64,000 bases of DNA from Eledone cirrhosa (taxonomy: Eukaryota), in contig OZ024743.1 in the NCBI GenBank assembly GCA_964016885.1, forward strand, positions 170,996,001 to 171,060,000, read 5' to 3'. The translations under genes were made by a program, and so were the position numbers. The first letter of the stretch is position 1; each line of letters opens with the position of its first letter. A model generated the notes under the pieces. That model saw nothing but the letters and a program-made list of their open reading frames with translations. It did no database searches and was not told the origin of the DNA. Positions 46,201-63,311 of the stretch are shown in pieces.

Positions 46201-49200
46201 CTGTATCAACACCATAGTCATAACTACCGTAAGACCACTGTATCAACACCACAGTCATAAGACCACTGTATCAAAACAATAGTCACGACTACTGTAAGAC
46301 CACTGTATCAACACCATAGTCAGAACTACTGTAAGACCACTGTATCAACACCATAGTCACAACTACTGTAAGACCACTGTATCAACACCATAGTCACAAC
46401 TACTGTAAGAACACTGTATCAACACCACAGTCATAACTACTGTAAGACCACTGTATCAACACCACAGTCACAACTACTGTAAGACCAATGTATCAACACC
46501 ACAGTCACAACTACTGTAAGACCACTGTATCGACACCATAATCACAACTACTGTAAGACCACGGTATCAACACCTTAGTCAGAACTACTGTAAGACCACT
46601 GTATCAACACCACAGTCACAACGTCTGTAAGACCACTGAATCAACACCATAGTCACAACTACTGTAAGACCACTGTATGAACAACACAGTCACAACTACT
46701 CTAAGACCACTGTATCAACACCACAGTCACAACTACTGTAAGACCACTGTATCAACACCACAGTCACAACTATTGTAAGCCCACCGTATCAACACCATAG
46801 TCATAACTACTGTAAGACCAGTGTATCAACACCATAGTCATAACTACCGTAAGACCACTGTATCAACACCATAGTCATAAGACCATTGTATCAACACCAC
46901 AGTCACAACTACTGTAAGACCACTGTATCAACACCATAATCACAACTACTATAAGCCCACTGTATCAACACCATAGTCACAACTACTGTAAGACCACTGT
47001 ATCAACAACATAGTCACAACGTCTGTAATACGACAGTATCAACACCATAGTCACAAATATTGTAAGACCACTGTATCAACACCACAGTCACAACTACTGT
47101 AAGACCACTGTATCAACACCACAGTCATAACTACTGTAAGACCACTGTATCCACACCATAGTCACAACTACTGTAAGACCACTGTATCAACACCATAGTC
47201 ATAACGTCTGTAATACGACAGTATCAACACCATAGTCACAACTATTGTAAGACCACTGTATCAACACCAGAGTCACAACTACTGTAAGACCACTGTAAGA
47301 ACACCACAGTCATAACTACTGTAAGACCACTGTATACACACCATAGTCACATCTACTGTAAGACCACTGTATCAACACCATAGTCATAACTACCGTAAGA
47401 CCACTGTATCAACACCGTAGTCATACGACCACTGTATCAAAACCATATTCACAACTACTGTAAGACCATTGTATCAACACCACAGTCACAACTACTGTAA
47501 GAACACTGTATCAACACCACACTCACAACTACTGTAAGACCACTGTATCAACACCACAATCACAACTACTGTAAGACCACTGTATCAACACCATAGTCAC
47601 AACTACTGTAAGACCACTGTATCCACACCATAGTCATAACTACTGTAAGACCACTGTATCAACACCATAGTCACAACTACTGTAAGACCACTGTATCAAC
47701 ACCATAGTCATAAATACCGTAAGACCACTGTATCAACACCACAGTCATAACTACCGTAAGACCACTGTATCAACACCACAGTCACAACTACTGTAAGACC
47801 ACTGTATCAACACCACAGTCACAACTACTGTAAGACCACTGTATCAACACCATAATCACAACTACTGTAAGTCAACGGTAGCAACACCGTAGTCAGAACT
47901 ACTGTAAGACCACAGTATCAACACCACAGTCACAACGTCTGTAAGACCACTGAATCAACACCATAGTCACAACTACTGTAAGACCACTGTATCAACATCA
48001 CAGTCACAACTACTCTAAGACCACTGTATCAACACCACAGTCACAACTACTGTAAGACCACTGTATCAACACCACAGTCATAACTACTGTAAGACCACTG
48101 TATCCACACCATAGTCACAACTACTGTAAGACCACTGTATCAACACCAGATTCACAACTACTGTAAGACCACTGTATCAACACCACAGTCACAACTACTG
48201 TAAGACCACTGTATAAACACCACACTCACAACTACTGTAAGACCACTGTATCAACACCACAATCACAACTACTCTAAGACCACTGTATCAACACCATAGT
48301 CACAACTACTGTAAGACCACTGTATCAACAACACAGTCACAACTACTCTAAGACCACTGTATCAACACCACAGTCACAACTACTGTAAGCCCACTGTATC
48401 AACACCATAGTCATAACTACTGTAAGACCAGTGTATCAACACCATAGTCATAACTACCGTAAGACCACTGTATCAACACCATAGTCATAAGACCACTGTA
48501 TCAACACCATGGTCACAACTACTGTAAGACCACTGTATCAACACCACAATCACAACTACTGTAAGACCACTGTATCAACACCATAGTCACAACTACTGTA
48601 AGACCACTGTATCAACAACACAGTCACAACTACTCCAAGACCACTGTATCAACACCACAGTCACAACTACTGTTAGCCCACTGTATCAACACCATAGTCA
48701 TAACTACTGTAAAACCACTGTATCAACACCATAGTCACAACTACTGTAAAACCCCTGTATCAACACCATAGTCATAACTACCGTAAGACCAGTGTATCAA
48801 CTCCATAGTCATAAGACCACTGTATCAACACAATAGTCACAACTACTGTAGGACCACTTTATCAACACCATAATCACAACTACTGTAAGACCACGGTATC
48901 AACACCGTAGTCAGAACTACTGCAAGACCACTGTATCAACACCACACTCACAACGTCTGTAAGACCACTGAATCAACACCATAGTCACAACTATTGTAAG
49001 ACCACTGTATCAACAACACAGTCACAACTACTCTAAGACCACTGTATCAACACCACCGTCACAACTACTCTAAGCCCACTGTATCAACATCATACTCATA
49101 ACTACTGTAAGACCACTGTATCAACACCATAGTCATAACTACCGTAAGACCACTGTATCAACACCACAGTCATAAGACCACTGTATCAACACCATAGTCA

Positions 49201-52200
49201 CAACTACTGTAAGACAACTGTATCAACACCATACTCATAACTACTGTATGACCACTGTATCAACAGCATAGTCACAACTATTGTAAGACCACTGTATCAA
49301 CACCACAGTCACAACTACAGTAAGACCACTTTATCAATACCATAGTCACAGCTACTGTAAGACCACTGTATCAACACCATAGTCACAAATACTGTAAGAC
49401 CACTGTATCAACACCATAGTCACAACTACTGTCAGAACACTGTATCAACACCACAGTCATAACTACTGTAAGACCACTGTATCAACACCACAGTCACAAC
49501 TACTGTAAGACCACTGTATCAACACCACAGCCACAACTACTGTAAGACCACTGTATCAACATCACAGCAACAACAACTATAAGACCACTGTATCAACAAC
49601 ACAGCCACAACTACTGTAAGACCACTGTATCAACACCATAATCACAACTACTATAAGCCCACTGTATCAACACCATAGTCACAACTACTCTAAGAACACT
49701 GTATCAACACCATAGTCACAACGTCTGTAATACGACAGTATCAACACCATATTCACAACTATTCTAAAACCACTGTATCAACACCACAGTCACAACTACT
49801 GTAAGACCACTGTATCAACACCACAGTCATAACTACTGTAAGACCACTGTATCCACACCATAGTCACAACTACTGTAAGACCACTGTATCAACACCATAG
49901 TCACAACTACTGTAAGAGCACTGTATCAACACCACAGTCACAACTACTGTAAGACCACTGTATCAACAACACAGTCACAACTACTCTAAGAACACTGTAT
50001 CAACACTACAGTCACAACTACTGTAAGCCCACTGTATCAACACCATAGTCATAACTACTGTAAGACCACTGTATCAACACCATAGTCATAACTAATGTAA
50101 GACCACTGTATCAACACCGTAGTCACAAGTACTGTAAGACCACTGTATCAACACCATAGTCATAACTAATGTAAGACCACTGTATCAACACCGTAGTCAT
50201 AAGACCACTGTATCAAAACCATAGTCACAACTACTGTAAGACCATTGTATCAACACCACAGTCACAACTAGTGTAAGACCACTGTATCAACACCACACTC
50301 ACAACTACTGTAAGACCACTGTATCAACACCACAATCACAACTACTGTAAGACCACTGTATCAACACCATAGTCACAACTACTGTAAGACCACTGTATCA
50401 ACACCATAGTCACAACTACTGTAAGACCAGTGTATCAACACCATAGTCACAACTACTGTAAGAACACTGTATCAACACCACAGTCATAACTACTGTAAGA
50501 CCACTGTATCAACACCACAGTCACAACTACTGTAAGACCACTGTATCAACACCACAGTCACAACTACTGTAAGACCACTGTATCAACACCACAGCCACAA
50601 CTTCTGTAAGACCACTGTATCAACACCACAGCCAGAACTACTGTAAGACCACTGTATCAACACCATAATCACAACTAATGTAAGACCACTGTATCAACAC
50701 CGTAGTCACAAGTACTGTAAGACCACTGTATCAACACCACAGTCATAAGACCACTGTATCAACACCATAGTCACAACAACTGTAAGACCACTGTATCAAC
50801 ACCATAGTCACAACGTCTGTAAGACCACTGTATCAACACAATAGTCACAAATACTGTAAGCCCACTGTATCAACACCATTGTCATAACTGCTGTAAGACC
50901 ACTGTATCAACACCATAGTCACAACTACGGTAAGACCACTGTATCAACACCATATTCATAACTACCGTAAGACCACTGTATCAACGCCATAGTTATAAGA
51001 CCACTGTATCAACACCACAGCCACAACTACTGTAAGACCACTGTATCAACACCATAATCACAACTACTGTAAGACCACGGTATCAACACCGTAGTCAGAA
51101 CTACTGTAAGACCACTGTATCAACACCACAGTCACAACGTCTGTAAGACCACTGAATAAACACCATAGTCACAACTACTGTAAGACAACGGTATCAACAA
51201 AACAGTCACAACTACTCTAAGACCATTGTATCAACACCACAGTCACAACTACTGTTAGTCCACTATATCAACACCATAGTCACAACTACTGTAAGACAAC
51301 TGTATCAACACCACAGTCACAACTACTGTAAGACCACTGTATCAACACCACAATCACAACTACTGTAAGACCACTGTATCAACACCATAGTCACAAATAC
51401 TGTAAGACAACTGTATCAACAACACAGTCACAACTACTCTAAGACCACTGTATCAACACCACAATCACAACTACTGTAAGCCCACTGTATCAACAGCATA
51501 GTCATAACTACTGTAAGACCAGTGTATCAACACCATAGTCATAACTACCGTAAGACCACTGTATCAACACCATAGTCATAAGACCACTGTATCAACACCA
51601 TGGTCACAACTACTGTAAGACCACTGTATCAACACCACAGTCACAACTACTGTAAGACCACTGTATCAACACCACAATCACAACTACTGTAAGACCACTG
51701 TATCAACACCATAGTCACAACTACTGTAAGACAACTGTATCAACACCATAGTCATAACTACCGTAAGACCACTGTATCAACTCCATAGTCATAAGACCAC
51801 TGTATCAACAACATAGTCACAACTACTGTAAGACCACTGTATCAATACCATAGTCATAACTACTGTAAGACCACTGTATCAATACCACCATCACAACTAC
51901 AGTAAGACCACTGTATCAACAGCACAGCAACAACTACTGTAAGACCACTGTATCAACACCATAATTACAACTACTGTAAGACCACGGTATCAACACCGTA
52001 GTCAGAACTACTGTAAGACCACTGTATCAACACCACAGTCACAACGTCTGTAAGACCACTGAATCAACACCATAGTCACAACTACTGTAAGACCACTGTA
52101 ACAACAACACAGTCACAACTACTCTAAGACCACTGTATCAACACCACAATCATAAGACGACTGTATCAACACCATAGTCACAACTACTGTCAGACCACTG

Positions 52201-55035
52201 TTTCAACAACATAGTCATAACTACTGTATGACCACTGTATCAACAGCATAGTCACAAGTATTGTAAGACCACTGTATCAACACCATAGTCACAACTACAG
52301 TAAGACCACTTTATCAACACCATAGTCACAACTACTGTAAGACCACTGTATCAACTCCATAGTCACAACTACTGTAAGACCATGTATCAACACCATAGTC
52401 ACAACTACTGTAAGAACACTGTATCAACACCACAGTCATAACTACTGTAAGACCACTGTATCAACACCACAGTCACAACTACTCTAAAACCACTGTATGA
52501 ACACCATTGTCACAACTACTGTAAGACCACTGTATCTACACCATAGTCACAACTACTGTAAGACTACTGTATCAACACCACAGCCACAACTACTGTAAGA
52601 CCACTGTATCAACATCACAGCCACAAGAACTATAAGACCACTGTATCAACACCACAGCCACAACTACTGTAAGACCACTGTATCAACACTACAATCACAA
52701 CTAATGTAAGACCACTGTATCAACACCGTAGTCACAACTACTGTAAGACCACTGTATCAACACCACAGTCACAACGTCTGTTAGAGCACTGTATCAACAC
52801 CACGGTCACAACTACTATAAGCCCACTGTATCAACACCATAGTCACAACTACTGTAAGACCACTGTATCAACACCATAGTCACAACGTCTGTAAGACGAC
52901 AGTATCAACACCATAGTCACAACTATTGTAAGACCACTGTATCAACACCACAGTCACAACTACTGTAAGACCACTGTATCAACACCACAGTCACAACTAC
53001 TGTAAGCCCACTGTATCAACACCATAGTCATAACTAGTGTAAGACCACTGTATCAACACCATAGTTACAACTACTGTAAGACCACTGTATCAACACCATA
53101 GTCATAACTACCGTAAGACCACTGTATCAACACCACAGTAATAAGACCACTGTATCAACACCATAGTCACAACTACTGTAAGACCACTGTATCAACACCA
53201 TAGTCACAACTACTGTAAGACCACTGTATCAACACCATATTCATATCTACACTAAGACGACTGTATCAAGGCCATAGTTATAAGACCACTGTATCAACAT
53301 CACAGCCACAACAACTATAAGGTCACTGTATCAACACCACAGCCACAACTACTGTAAGACCACTGTATCAACACCATAATCACAACTAATGTAAGACCAC
53401 TGTGTCAACACCGTAGTCATAACTACTGTAAGACCACTGTATCAACACCACAGTCACAACGTCTGTTAGAGCACTGTATCAACACCACAGTCATAACTAC
53501 TGTAAGACCACTGTATCCACACCATAGACACAACTACTGTAAGACCACTGTATCAACACCATAGTCACAACGTCTGTAATACGACAGTATCAACACCATA
53601 GTCAGAACTATTGTAAGACCACTGTATCAACACCACAGTCACAACTACTGTAAGACCTCTGTATCAACACCACAGTCATAACTACTGTAAGACCACTGTA
53701 TCCAGGCCATAGTCACAACTACTGTAAGACCACTGTATCAACACCATAGTCACAACTACTGTAATAGCACTGTATCAACACCACAGTCACAACTACTGTA
53801 AGACCACTGTATCAACACCACCGTCACAACTACTGTAAGCCCACTGTATCAACACCATAGTCATAACTACTGTAAGACCACTGTATCAACACCATAGTCA
53901 TAACTACCGTAAGACCACTGTATCAACACCGTAGTCATAAGACCACTGTATCAACACCATAGTCACAACTACTGTAAGACCACTGTATCAACACCATAAT
54001 CACAACTACTGTAAGACCACGGTATCAACACCATAGTCACAACTACTGTAAGACCATTGTATCAAAACCACCATCACAACTACCGTAAGACCACTGTATC
54101 AACACCACACTCACAACTACTGTAAGACCACTGTATCAACACCACAATCACAACTACTGTAAGACCACTGTATCAACACCATAGTCACAACTACTGTAAG
54201 ACCACTGTATCAACACCACAGTCACAACTACTGTAAGCCCACTGTATCAACACCCTAGTCATAACTAGTGTAAGACCACTGTATCAACACCATAGTCACA
54301 ACTACTGTAAGACCACTGTATCAACACCATAGTCATAACTACCGTAAGACCACTGTATCAACACCACAGTCATAAGACCACTGTATCAACAACATATTCA
54401 CAACTACTGTAAGACCACTGTATCAACACCATAGTCACAACTACTGTAAGACCACTGTATCAACACCATATTCATAACTACCGTAAGACCAGTGTATCAA
54501 GGCCATAGTTATAAGACTACTGTATCAACACAACAGCCACAACTACTGTAAGACCACTGTATCAACACCACAGTCACAACTACTGTAAGACAACTGTATC
54601 AACACCACAGTCACAACTACTGTAAGACCACTGTATCAACACCACAGCCACAACTACTGTAAGACCACTGTATCAACACCATAATCACAACTACTGTAAG
54701 ACCATGGTATCAACACCGTAGTCAGAACTACTGTAAGACCACTGTATTAACACCACAGTCACAACTACTGTAAGCCCACTGTATCAACACCCTAGTCATA
54801 ACTAGTGTAAGACCACTCTATCAACACCATAGTCACAACTATTGTAAGACCAGTGTATCAACACCATAGTCATAACTACCGTAAGACCACTGTATCAACA
54901 TCACAGTCATAAGACCACTGTATCAACACCATAGTCACAACTACTGTAAGACCATTGTATCAACACCATAATCACAACTACTGTAAGACCATGGCATCAA
55001 CACCGTAGTCAGAACTACTGTAAGACCACTGTATT

Positions 55036-57940
55036 AACACCACAGTCACAACGTCTGTAAGACCACTGAATCAACACCATAATCACAACTACTGTAAGAC
55101 CACCGTATCAACAACACTGTCACAACTACTCTAAGACCACTGTATCAACACCACAGTCACAACTACTGTAAGACCACTGTATCAACACCACAGTCACAAC
55201 TACTGTAAGACCACTGTATCAACACCACACTCACAACTACTGTAAGACCACTGTATCTACACCACAATCACAACTACTGTAAGAACACTGTATCAACACC
55301 ATAGTCACACCTACTGTAGGACCACTGTATCAACACCACAGACACAACGTCTGTAAGACCACTGAATCAACACCATAGTCACAACTACTGTCAGACAACT
55401 GTATCAACAACACAGTCACAACTACTCTAAGACCACTGTATCAACACCACAGTCACAACTACTGTAAGACCACTGTATCAACACCACAGTCATAAACTAC
55501 TGTAAGACCACTGTATCCACACCATAGTTACAACTACTGTAAGACCACTATATCAACACCAGTATCACAACTACTGTAAGACAACTGTATCAACACCACA
55601 GTCACAACTACTGTAAGACCACTGTATCAACACCACACTCACAACTACTGTAAGACGACTGTATCAACACCACAATCACAACTACTGTAAGACCACTGTC
55701 TCAACACCATAGTCACAACCACTGTAAGACAACTGTATCAACAACACAGTCACAACTACTCTAAGACCACTGTATCAACACCACCGTCACAACTACTGTA
55801 AGCCCAGTGTATCAACACCATAGTAATAACTACTGTAAGACCACTGTATCAACACCATAGTCATAACTTCCGTGAGACCACTGTATCAACACCGTAGTCA
55901 TAAGACCACTGTATCAACACCATAGTCACAACTACTGTAAGACCATTGTATCAACACCACAGTCACAACTACTGTAAGACCACTGTATCAACACCACACT
56001 CACAACTACTGTAAGACCACCGTATCAACACCACAATCACAACTACTGTAAGACCACTGTATCAACACCACAGTCACAACTACTGTAAGCCCACTGTATC
56101 AACACCCTAGTCATAACTAGTGTAAGACCACTCTATCAACACCATAGTCACAACTATTGTAAGACCAGTGTATCAACACCATAGTCATAACTACCGTAAG
56201 ACCACTGTATCAACATCACAGTCATAAGACCACTGTATCAACACCATAGTCACAACTACTGTAAGACCATTGTATCAACACCACAGTCACAACTACTGTA
56301 AGACAACTGTATCAACACCACAGTCACAACTACTGTAATACCACTGTATCAACACCACAGCCACAACTACTGTAAGACCACTGTATCAACACCATAATCA
56401 CAACTACTGTAAGACCACGGTATCAACACCGTAGTCAGAACTACTGTAAGACCACTGTATCAACACCACAGTCACAACGTCTGTAAGACCACTGAATCAA
56501 CACCATAGTCACAACTACTGTAAGACCACCGTATCAACAACACTGTCACAACTACTCTAAGACCACTGTATCAACACCACAGTCACAACTACTGTAAGAC
56601 CACTGTATCAACACCACAGTCACAACTACTGTAAGACCACTGTATCAACACCACACTCACAACTACTGTAAGACCACTGTATCTACACCACAATCACAAC
56701 TACTGTAAGAACACTGTATCAACACCATAGTCACACCTACTGTAGGACCACTGTATCAACACCACAGACACAACGTCTGTAAGACCACTGAATCAACACC
56801 ATAGTCACAACTACTGTCAGACAACTGTATCAACAACACAGTCACAACTACTCTAAGACCACTGTATCAACACCACAGTCACAACTACTGTAAGACCACT
56901 GTATCAACACCACAGTCATAAACTACTGTAAGACCACTGTATCCACACCATAGTTACAACTACTGTAAGACCACTATATCAACACCAGTATCACAACTAC
57001 TGTAAGACAACTGTATCAACACCACAGTCACAACTACTGTAAGACCACTGTATCAACACCACACTCACAACTACTGTAAGACGACTGTATCAACACCACA
57101 ATCACAACTACTGTAAGACCACTGTCTCAACACCATAGTCACAACCACTGTAAGACAACTGTATCAACAACACAGTCACAACTACTCTAAGACCACTGTA
57201 TCAACACCACCGTCACAACTACTGTAAGCCCAGTGTATCAACACCATAGTAATAACTACTGTAAGACCACTGTATCAACACCATAGTCATAACTTCCGTG
57301 AGACCACTGTATCAACACCGTAGTCATAAGACCACTGTATCAACACCATAGTCACAACTACTGTAAGACCATTGTATCAACACCACAGTCACAACTACTG
57401 TAAGACCACTGTATCAACACCACACTCACAACTACTGTAAGACCACCGTATCAACACCACAATCACAACTCCTGTAAGACCACTGTATCAACACCACAGT
57501 CACAACTACTGTAAGCCCACTGTATCAACACCCTAGTCATAACTAGTGTAAGACCACTCTATCAACACCATAGTCACAACTATTGTAAGACCAGTGTATC
57601 AACACCATAGTCATAACTACCGTAAGACCACTGTATCAACATCACAGTCATAAGACCACTGTATCAACACCATAGTCACAACTACTGTAAGACCATTGTA
57701 TCAACACCACAGTCACAACTACTGTAAGACAACTGTATCAACACCACAGTCACAACTACTGTAATACCACTGTATCAACACCACAGCCACAACTACTGTA
57801 AGACCACTGTATCAACACCATAATCACAACTACTGTAAGACCACGGTATCAACACCGTAGTCAGAACTACTGTAAGACCACTGTATCAACACCACAGTCA
57901 CAACGTCTGTAAGACCACTGAATCAACACCATAGTCACAA
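55036..57940. repeat. 1426-bp tandem duplication (39 monomers, including two 28-mers and one 38-mer)
   Basis: ctactgtagg 55311/56737; cataaactac 55491/56917; cgtgagacc 55871/57297. Offset 1426 = 39x37-18+1. Confidence 0.9.
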
Positions 57941-60900
57941 CCACTGTAAGACCACTGTATCAACAACACAGTCAAAACTACTCTAAGACCACTGTATCAA
58001 CACCACAGTCACAACTACTGTAAGACCACTGTATCAACACCACAGTCATAACTAGTGTAAGACCACTGTATCCACACCATAGTCACAACTACTGTAAGAC
58101 CACTATATCAACACCAGAGTCACAACTACTGTAAGACAACTGTATCAACACCACAGTCACAACTACTGTAAGACCACTGTATCAACACCACACTCACAAC
58201 TACTGTAAGACCACTGTATCAACACCACAATCATAACTACTGTAAGACCACTGTCTCAACACCATAGTCACAACTACTGTAAGACAACTGTATCAACAAC
58301 ACAGTCACAACTACTCTAAGACCACTGTATCAACACCACCGTCACAACTACTGTAAGCCCACTGTATCAACAGCATAGTCATAACTACTGTAAGACCAGT
58401 CTATCAACACCATAGTCATAACTACCGTAAGACCACTGTATCAACACCATAGTCATAAGACCACTGTATCAACACCATGGTCACAACTACTGTAAGACCA
58501 CTGTATCAACACCACAATCACAACTACTGTAAGACCACTGTATCAACACCATAGTTACAACTACTGTAAGACAACTGTATCAACAACACAGTCACAACTA
58601 CTCTAAGACCACTGTGTCAACACCACAGTCACAACTACTGTTAGCCCACTGTATCAACACCATAGTCATAACTACTGTAAAACCACTGTATCAACACCAT
58701 AGTCACAACTACTGTAAGACCCCTGTATCAACACCATAGTCATAACTACCGTAAGACCACTGTATCAACTCCATAGTCATAAGACCACTGTATCAACACC
58801 ATAGTCACAACTACTGTAAGACCACTGTATCAATACCATAGTCATAACTACTGTAAGACCACTGTATCAACACCACCATCACAACTTCAGTAAGACCACT
58901 GTATCAACAACACAGCCACAACTACTGTAAGACCACTGAATCAACACCATAGTCACAACTACTGTAAGACCACTGTATCAACAACACAGTCACAACTACT
59001 CGAAGACCACTGTATCAACACCACAGTCACAACTATTGTAAGACCACTGTATCAACACCACAGCCACAACTACTGTAAGACCACTGTATCAACACCATAA
59101 TCACAACTACTGTAAGACCACGCTATCAACACCGTAGTCAGAACTACTGTAAGACCACTGTATCAACACCACAGTCACAACGTCTGTAAGACCACTGAAT
59201 CAACACCATAGTCACAACTACTGTAAGACCCCTGTATTAACAACACAGTCACAACTACTGTAAACCACTGTATCAACACCACAGTCACAACTACTGTAAG
59301 ACCACTGTATCAACACCACAGTCACAACTATTGTAAGACCACTGTATCAACACCACAGTCACAACGTCTGTAAGACCACTGTATCAACACAATAGTCACA
59401 ACTACTGTAAGTACTCTGTATCAACACCATAGTCACAACTACTGTAAGACCACTGCATCAACACCACAGTCACAACGTCTGTAAGACCACTGAATCAACA
59501 CCATAGTCACAACTACTGTAAGACCACTGTATCAACAACACAGTCACAACTACTCGAAGACCACTGTATCAACACCACAGTCACAACTAGTCTAAGCCCA
59601 CTGTATCAACACCATAGTCATAACTACTGTAAGACCACTGTATCAACACCATAGTCATAACTACCGTAAGACCACTGTATCAACACGACAGTCATAAGAC
59701 CACTGTATCAACACCATAGTCACAACTACTGTATGACCACTGTATCAACAGCATAGTCACAACTATTGTAAGACCACTGTATCAACACCACAGTCACAAC
59801 TACAGTAAGACCACTTTATCAACACCATAGTCACAACTACTGTAAGACCACTGTATCAACTCCATAGTCACAACTACTGTAAGACCACTGTATCAACACC
59901 ATAGTCACAACTACTGTAAGAAAACTGTATCAACACCACAGTCATAACTACTGTAAGACCACTGTATCAACACCACAGTCACAACTACTGTAAGACCACT
60001 GTATCAACACCGCAGCTACAACTACTGTAAGACCACTGTATCAACATCACAGCCACAAGAACTATAAGACCACTGTATCAACACCACAGCCAGAACTACT
60101 GTAAGACCACTGTATCAACTCCATAGTCACAACTACTGTAAGACCACTGTATCAACACCATAGTCACAACTACTGTAAGAACACTGTATCAACACCACAG
60201 TCATAACTACTGTAAGACCACTGTATCAACACCATAGTCACAACTACTGTAAGACCACTGTATCAACACCATAGTCACAACGTCTGTAATACGACAGTAT
60301 CAACACCATAGTCACAACTATTGTAAGACCACTGTATCAACACCACAGTCACAACTACTGTAAGACCACTCTATCAACACCATAGTCACAACTACTGTAA
60401 GACCACTGTATCAACACCACAGTCACAACTACTGTAAGACCACTGTATCAACACCATAGTCATAACTACCGTAAGACCACTGTATCAACACCACAGTCAT
60501 AAGACCACTGTATCAACACCATAGTCACAACTACTGTAAGACCACTGTATCAACACCATAGTCACAACGTCTTTAATACGACAGTATCAACACCGCAGCC
60601 ACAACTACTGTAAGACCACTGTATCAACACCATAATCACAACTAATGTAAGACCACTGTATCAACACCGTAGTCACAACTACTGTAAAACCACTGTATCA
60701 ACACCACAGTCACAACGTCTGTTAGAGCACTGTATCAACACCACAGTCATAACTACTGTAAGACCACTGTATCCACACCATAGTCACAACTACTGTAAGA
60801 CCACTGTATCAACACCATAGTCACACCGTCTGTAATACGACAGTATCAACACCATAGTCACAACTACTGTAAGACCACTGTATCAACACCACAGTCATAA

Positions 60901-62861
60901 CTACTGTAAGACCACTGTATCCACACCATAGTCACAACTACTGTAAGACCACTGTATCAACACCATAGTCACAACTACTGTAATAGCACTGTATCAACAC
61001 CACAGTCACAACTACTGTAAGACCACTGTATCAACAACACAGTCACAACTACTCTAAGACCACTGTATCAACACCACCGTCACAACTACTGTAAGCCCAC
61101 TGTATCAACACCATAGTCATAACTACTGTAAGACCACTGCATCAACACCATAGCCATAACTACCGTAAGACCACTGTATCAACACCGTAGTCATAAGACC
61201 ACTGTATCAACACCATAGTCACAACTACTGTAAGACCATTGTATCAACACCACGGTCACAACTACTGTAAGACCACTGTATCAACACCACACTCACAACT
61301 ACTGCAAGACCACTGTATCAACACCACAATCACAACTACTGTAAGACCACTGTATCAACACCATAGTCACAACTACTGTAAGACCACTGTATCAACACCC
61401 TAGTCATAACTAGTGTAAGACCACTGTATCAACACCACAGTCACAACTACTGTAAGCCCACTGTATCAACACCCTAGTCATAACTAGTGTAAGACCACTG
61501 TATCAACACCATAGTCACAACTACTGTAAGACCACTGTATCAACACCATAGTCATAACTACCGTAAGACCACTTTATAAACACCCCAGTCATAAGACCAC
61601 TGTATCAACACCATAGTCACAACTACTGTAAGACCACTGTATCAACACCATAGTCACAACTACTGTAAGACCACTGTATCAACACCATAGTCACAACTAC
61701 TGTAAGACCACTGTATCAACACTATATTCATAACTACCGTAAGACCACTGTATCAAGGCCATAGTTATAAGACTACTGTATCAACACCACAGCCACAACT
61801 ACTGTAAGACCACTGTATCAACACCACAGTCACAACTACTGTAAGACAACTGTATCAACACCACAGTCACAACTACTGCAAGACCACTGTATCAACACCA
61901 CAGCCACAACTACTGTAAGACCACTGTATCAACACCATAATCACAACTACTGTAAGACCACGGTATCAACACCGTAGTCAGAACTACTGTAAGACCACTG
62001 TATCAACACCACAGTCACAACGTCTGTAAGACCACTGAATCAACACCATAGTCACAACTACTGTAAGACCACTGTATCAACAACACAGTCACAACTACTC
62101 TAAGACCACTGTATCAACACCACAGTCACAACTACTGTAAGCCCACTGTATCAACACCATATTCATAACTACTGTAAGACCCCTGTATCAACACCATAGT
62201 CATAACTACCGTAAGACCACCGTATCAACTCCATAGTCATAAGACCACTCTATCAACTCCATAGTCACAACTACTGTAAGACCACTGTATCAACACCATA
62301 ATCACAACTACTGTAAGACCACGGTATCAACACCGTAGTCAGAACTACTGTAAGACCACTGTATCAACACCACAGTCACAAGGTCTGTAAGACCACTGAA
62401 TCAACACCATAGTCACATCTATTGTAAGACCACTGTATCAACAACACAGTCACAACTACTCTAAGCCCACTGTATCAACACCATAGTCATAACTACTGTA
62501 AGACCACTGTATCAACACAATAGTCATAACTACAGTAAGACCACTGTATCAACACCACAGTCATAAGACCACTGTATCAACACCATAGTCACAACTACTG
62601 TAAGACCACTGTATCAACACCATAGTCATAACTACTGTATGACCACTGTATCAACAGCATTGTCACAACTATTGTAAGACCACTGTATCAACACCACAGT
62701 CACAACTACAGTAAGACCACTGTATCAACACCATAGTCACAACTACTGTAAGACCACTGTATCAACACCACAGTCATAACTACTGTAAGACCACTGTATC
62801 AACACCACAGTCACAACTACTGTAAGACCACTGTATCAACACCACAGTCACAACTACTGTA

Positions 62862-63311
62862 AGACCACTGTATCAACACCACAGCCACAACTACTGTAAG
62901 ACCACTGTATCAACACCATAATCACAACTACTGTAAGACCACGGTATCAACACCGTAGTCAGAACTACTGTAAGACCACTGTATCAACACCACAGTCACA
63001 ACGTCTGTAAGACCACTGAATCAACACCATAGTCACAACTACTGTAAGACCCCTGTATCAACAACACAGTCACAACTACTGTAAACCACTGTATCAACAC
63101 CACAGTCACAACTACTGTAAGACCACTGTATCAACACCACAGTCACAACTACTGTAAGACCACTGTATCAACACCACAGTCACAACGTCTGTAAGACCAC
63201 TGTATCAACACAATAGTCACAACTACTGTAAGTCCTCTGTATCAACACCATAGTCACAACTACTGTAAGACCACTGCATCAACACCACAGTCACAACGTC
63301 TGTAAGACCAC
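62862..63311. repeat. Terminal block of the array, with an internal paralogue at about 59041-59490
   Basis: taaaccactg (1-bp deletion) 59261/63082; gtactctgta vs gtcctctgta 59411/63232; cactgcatc 59451/63272. Offset 3821. Confidence 0.8.
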
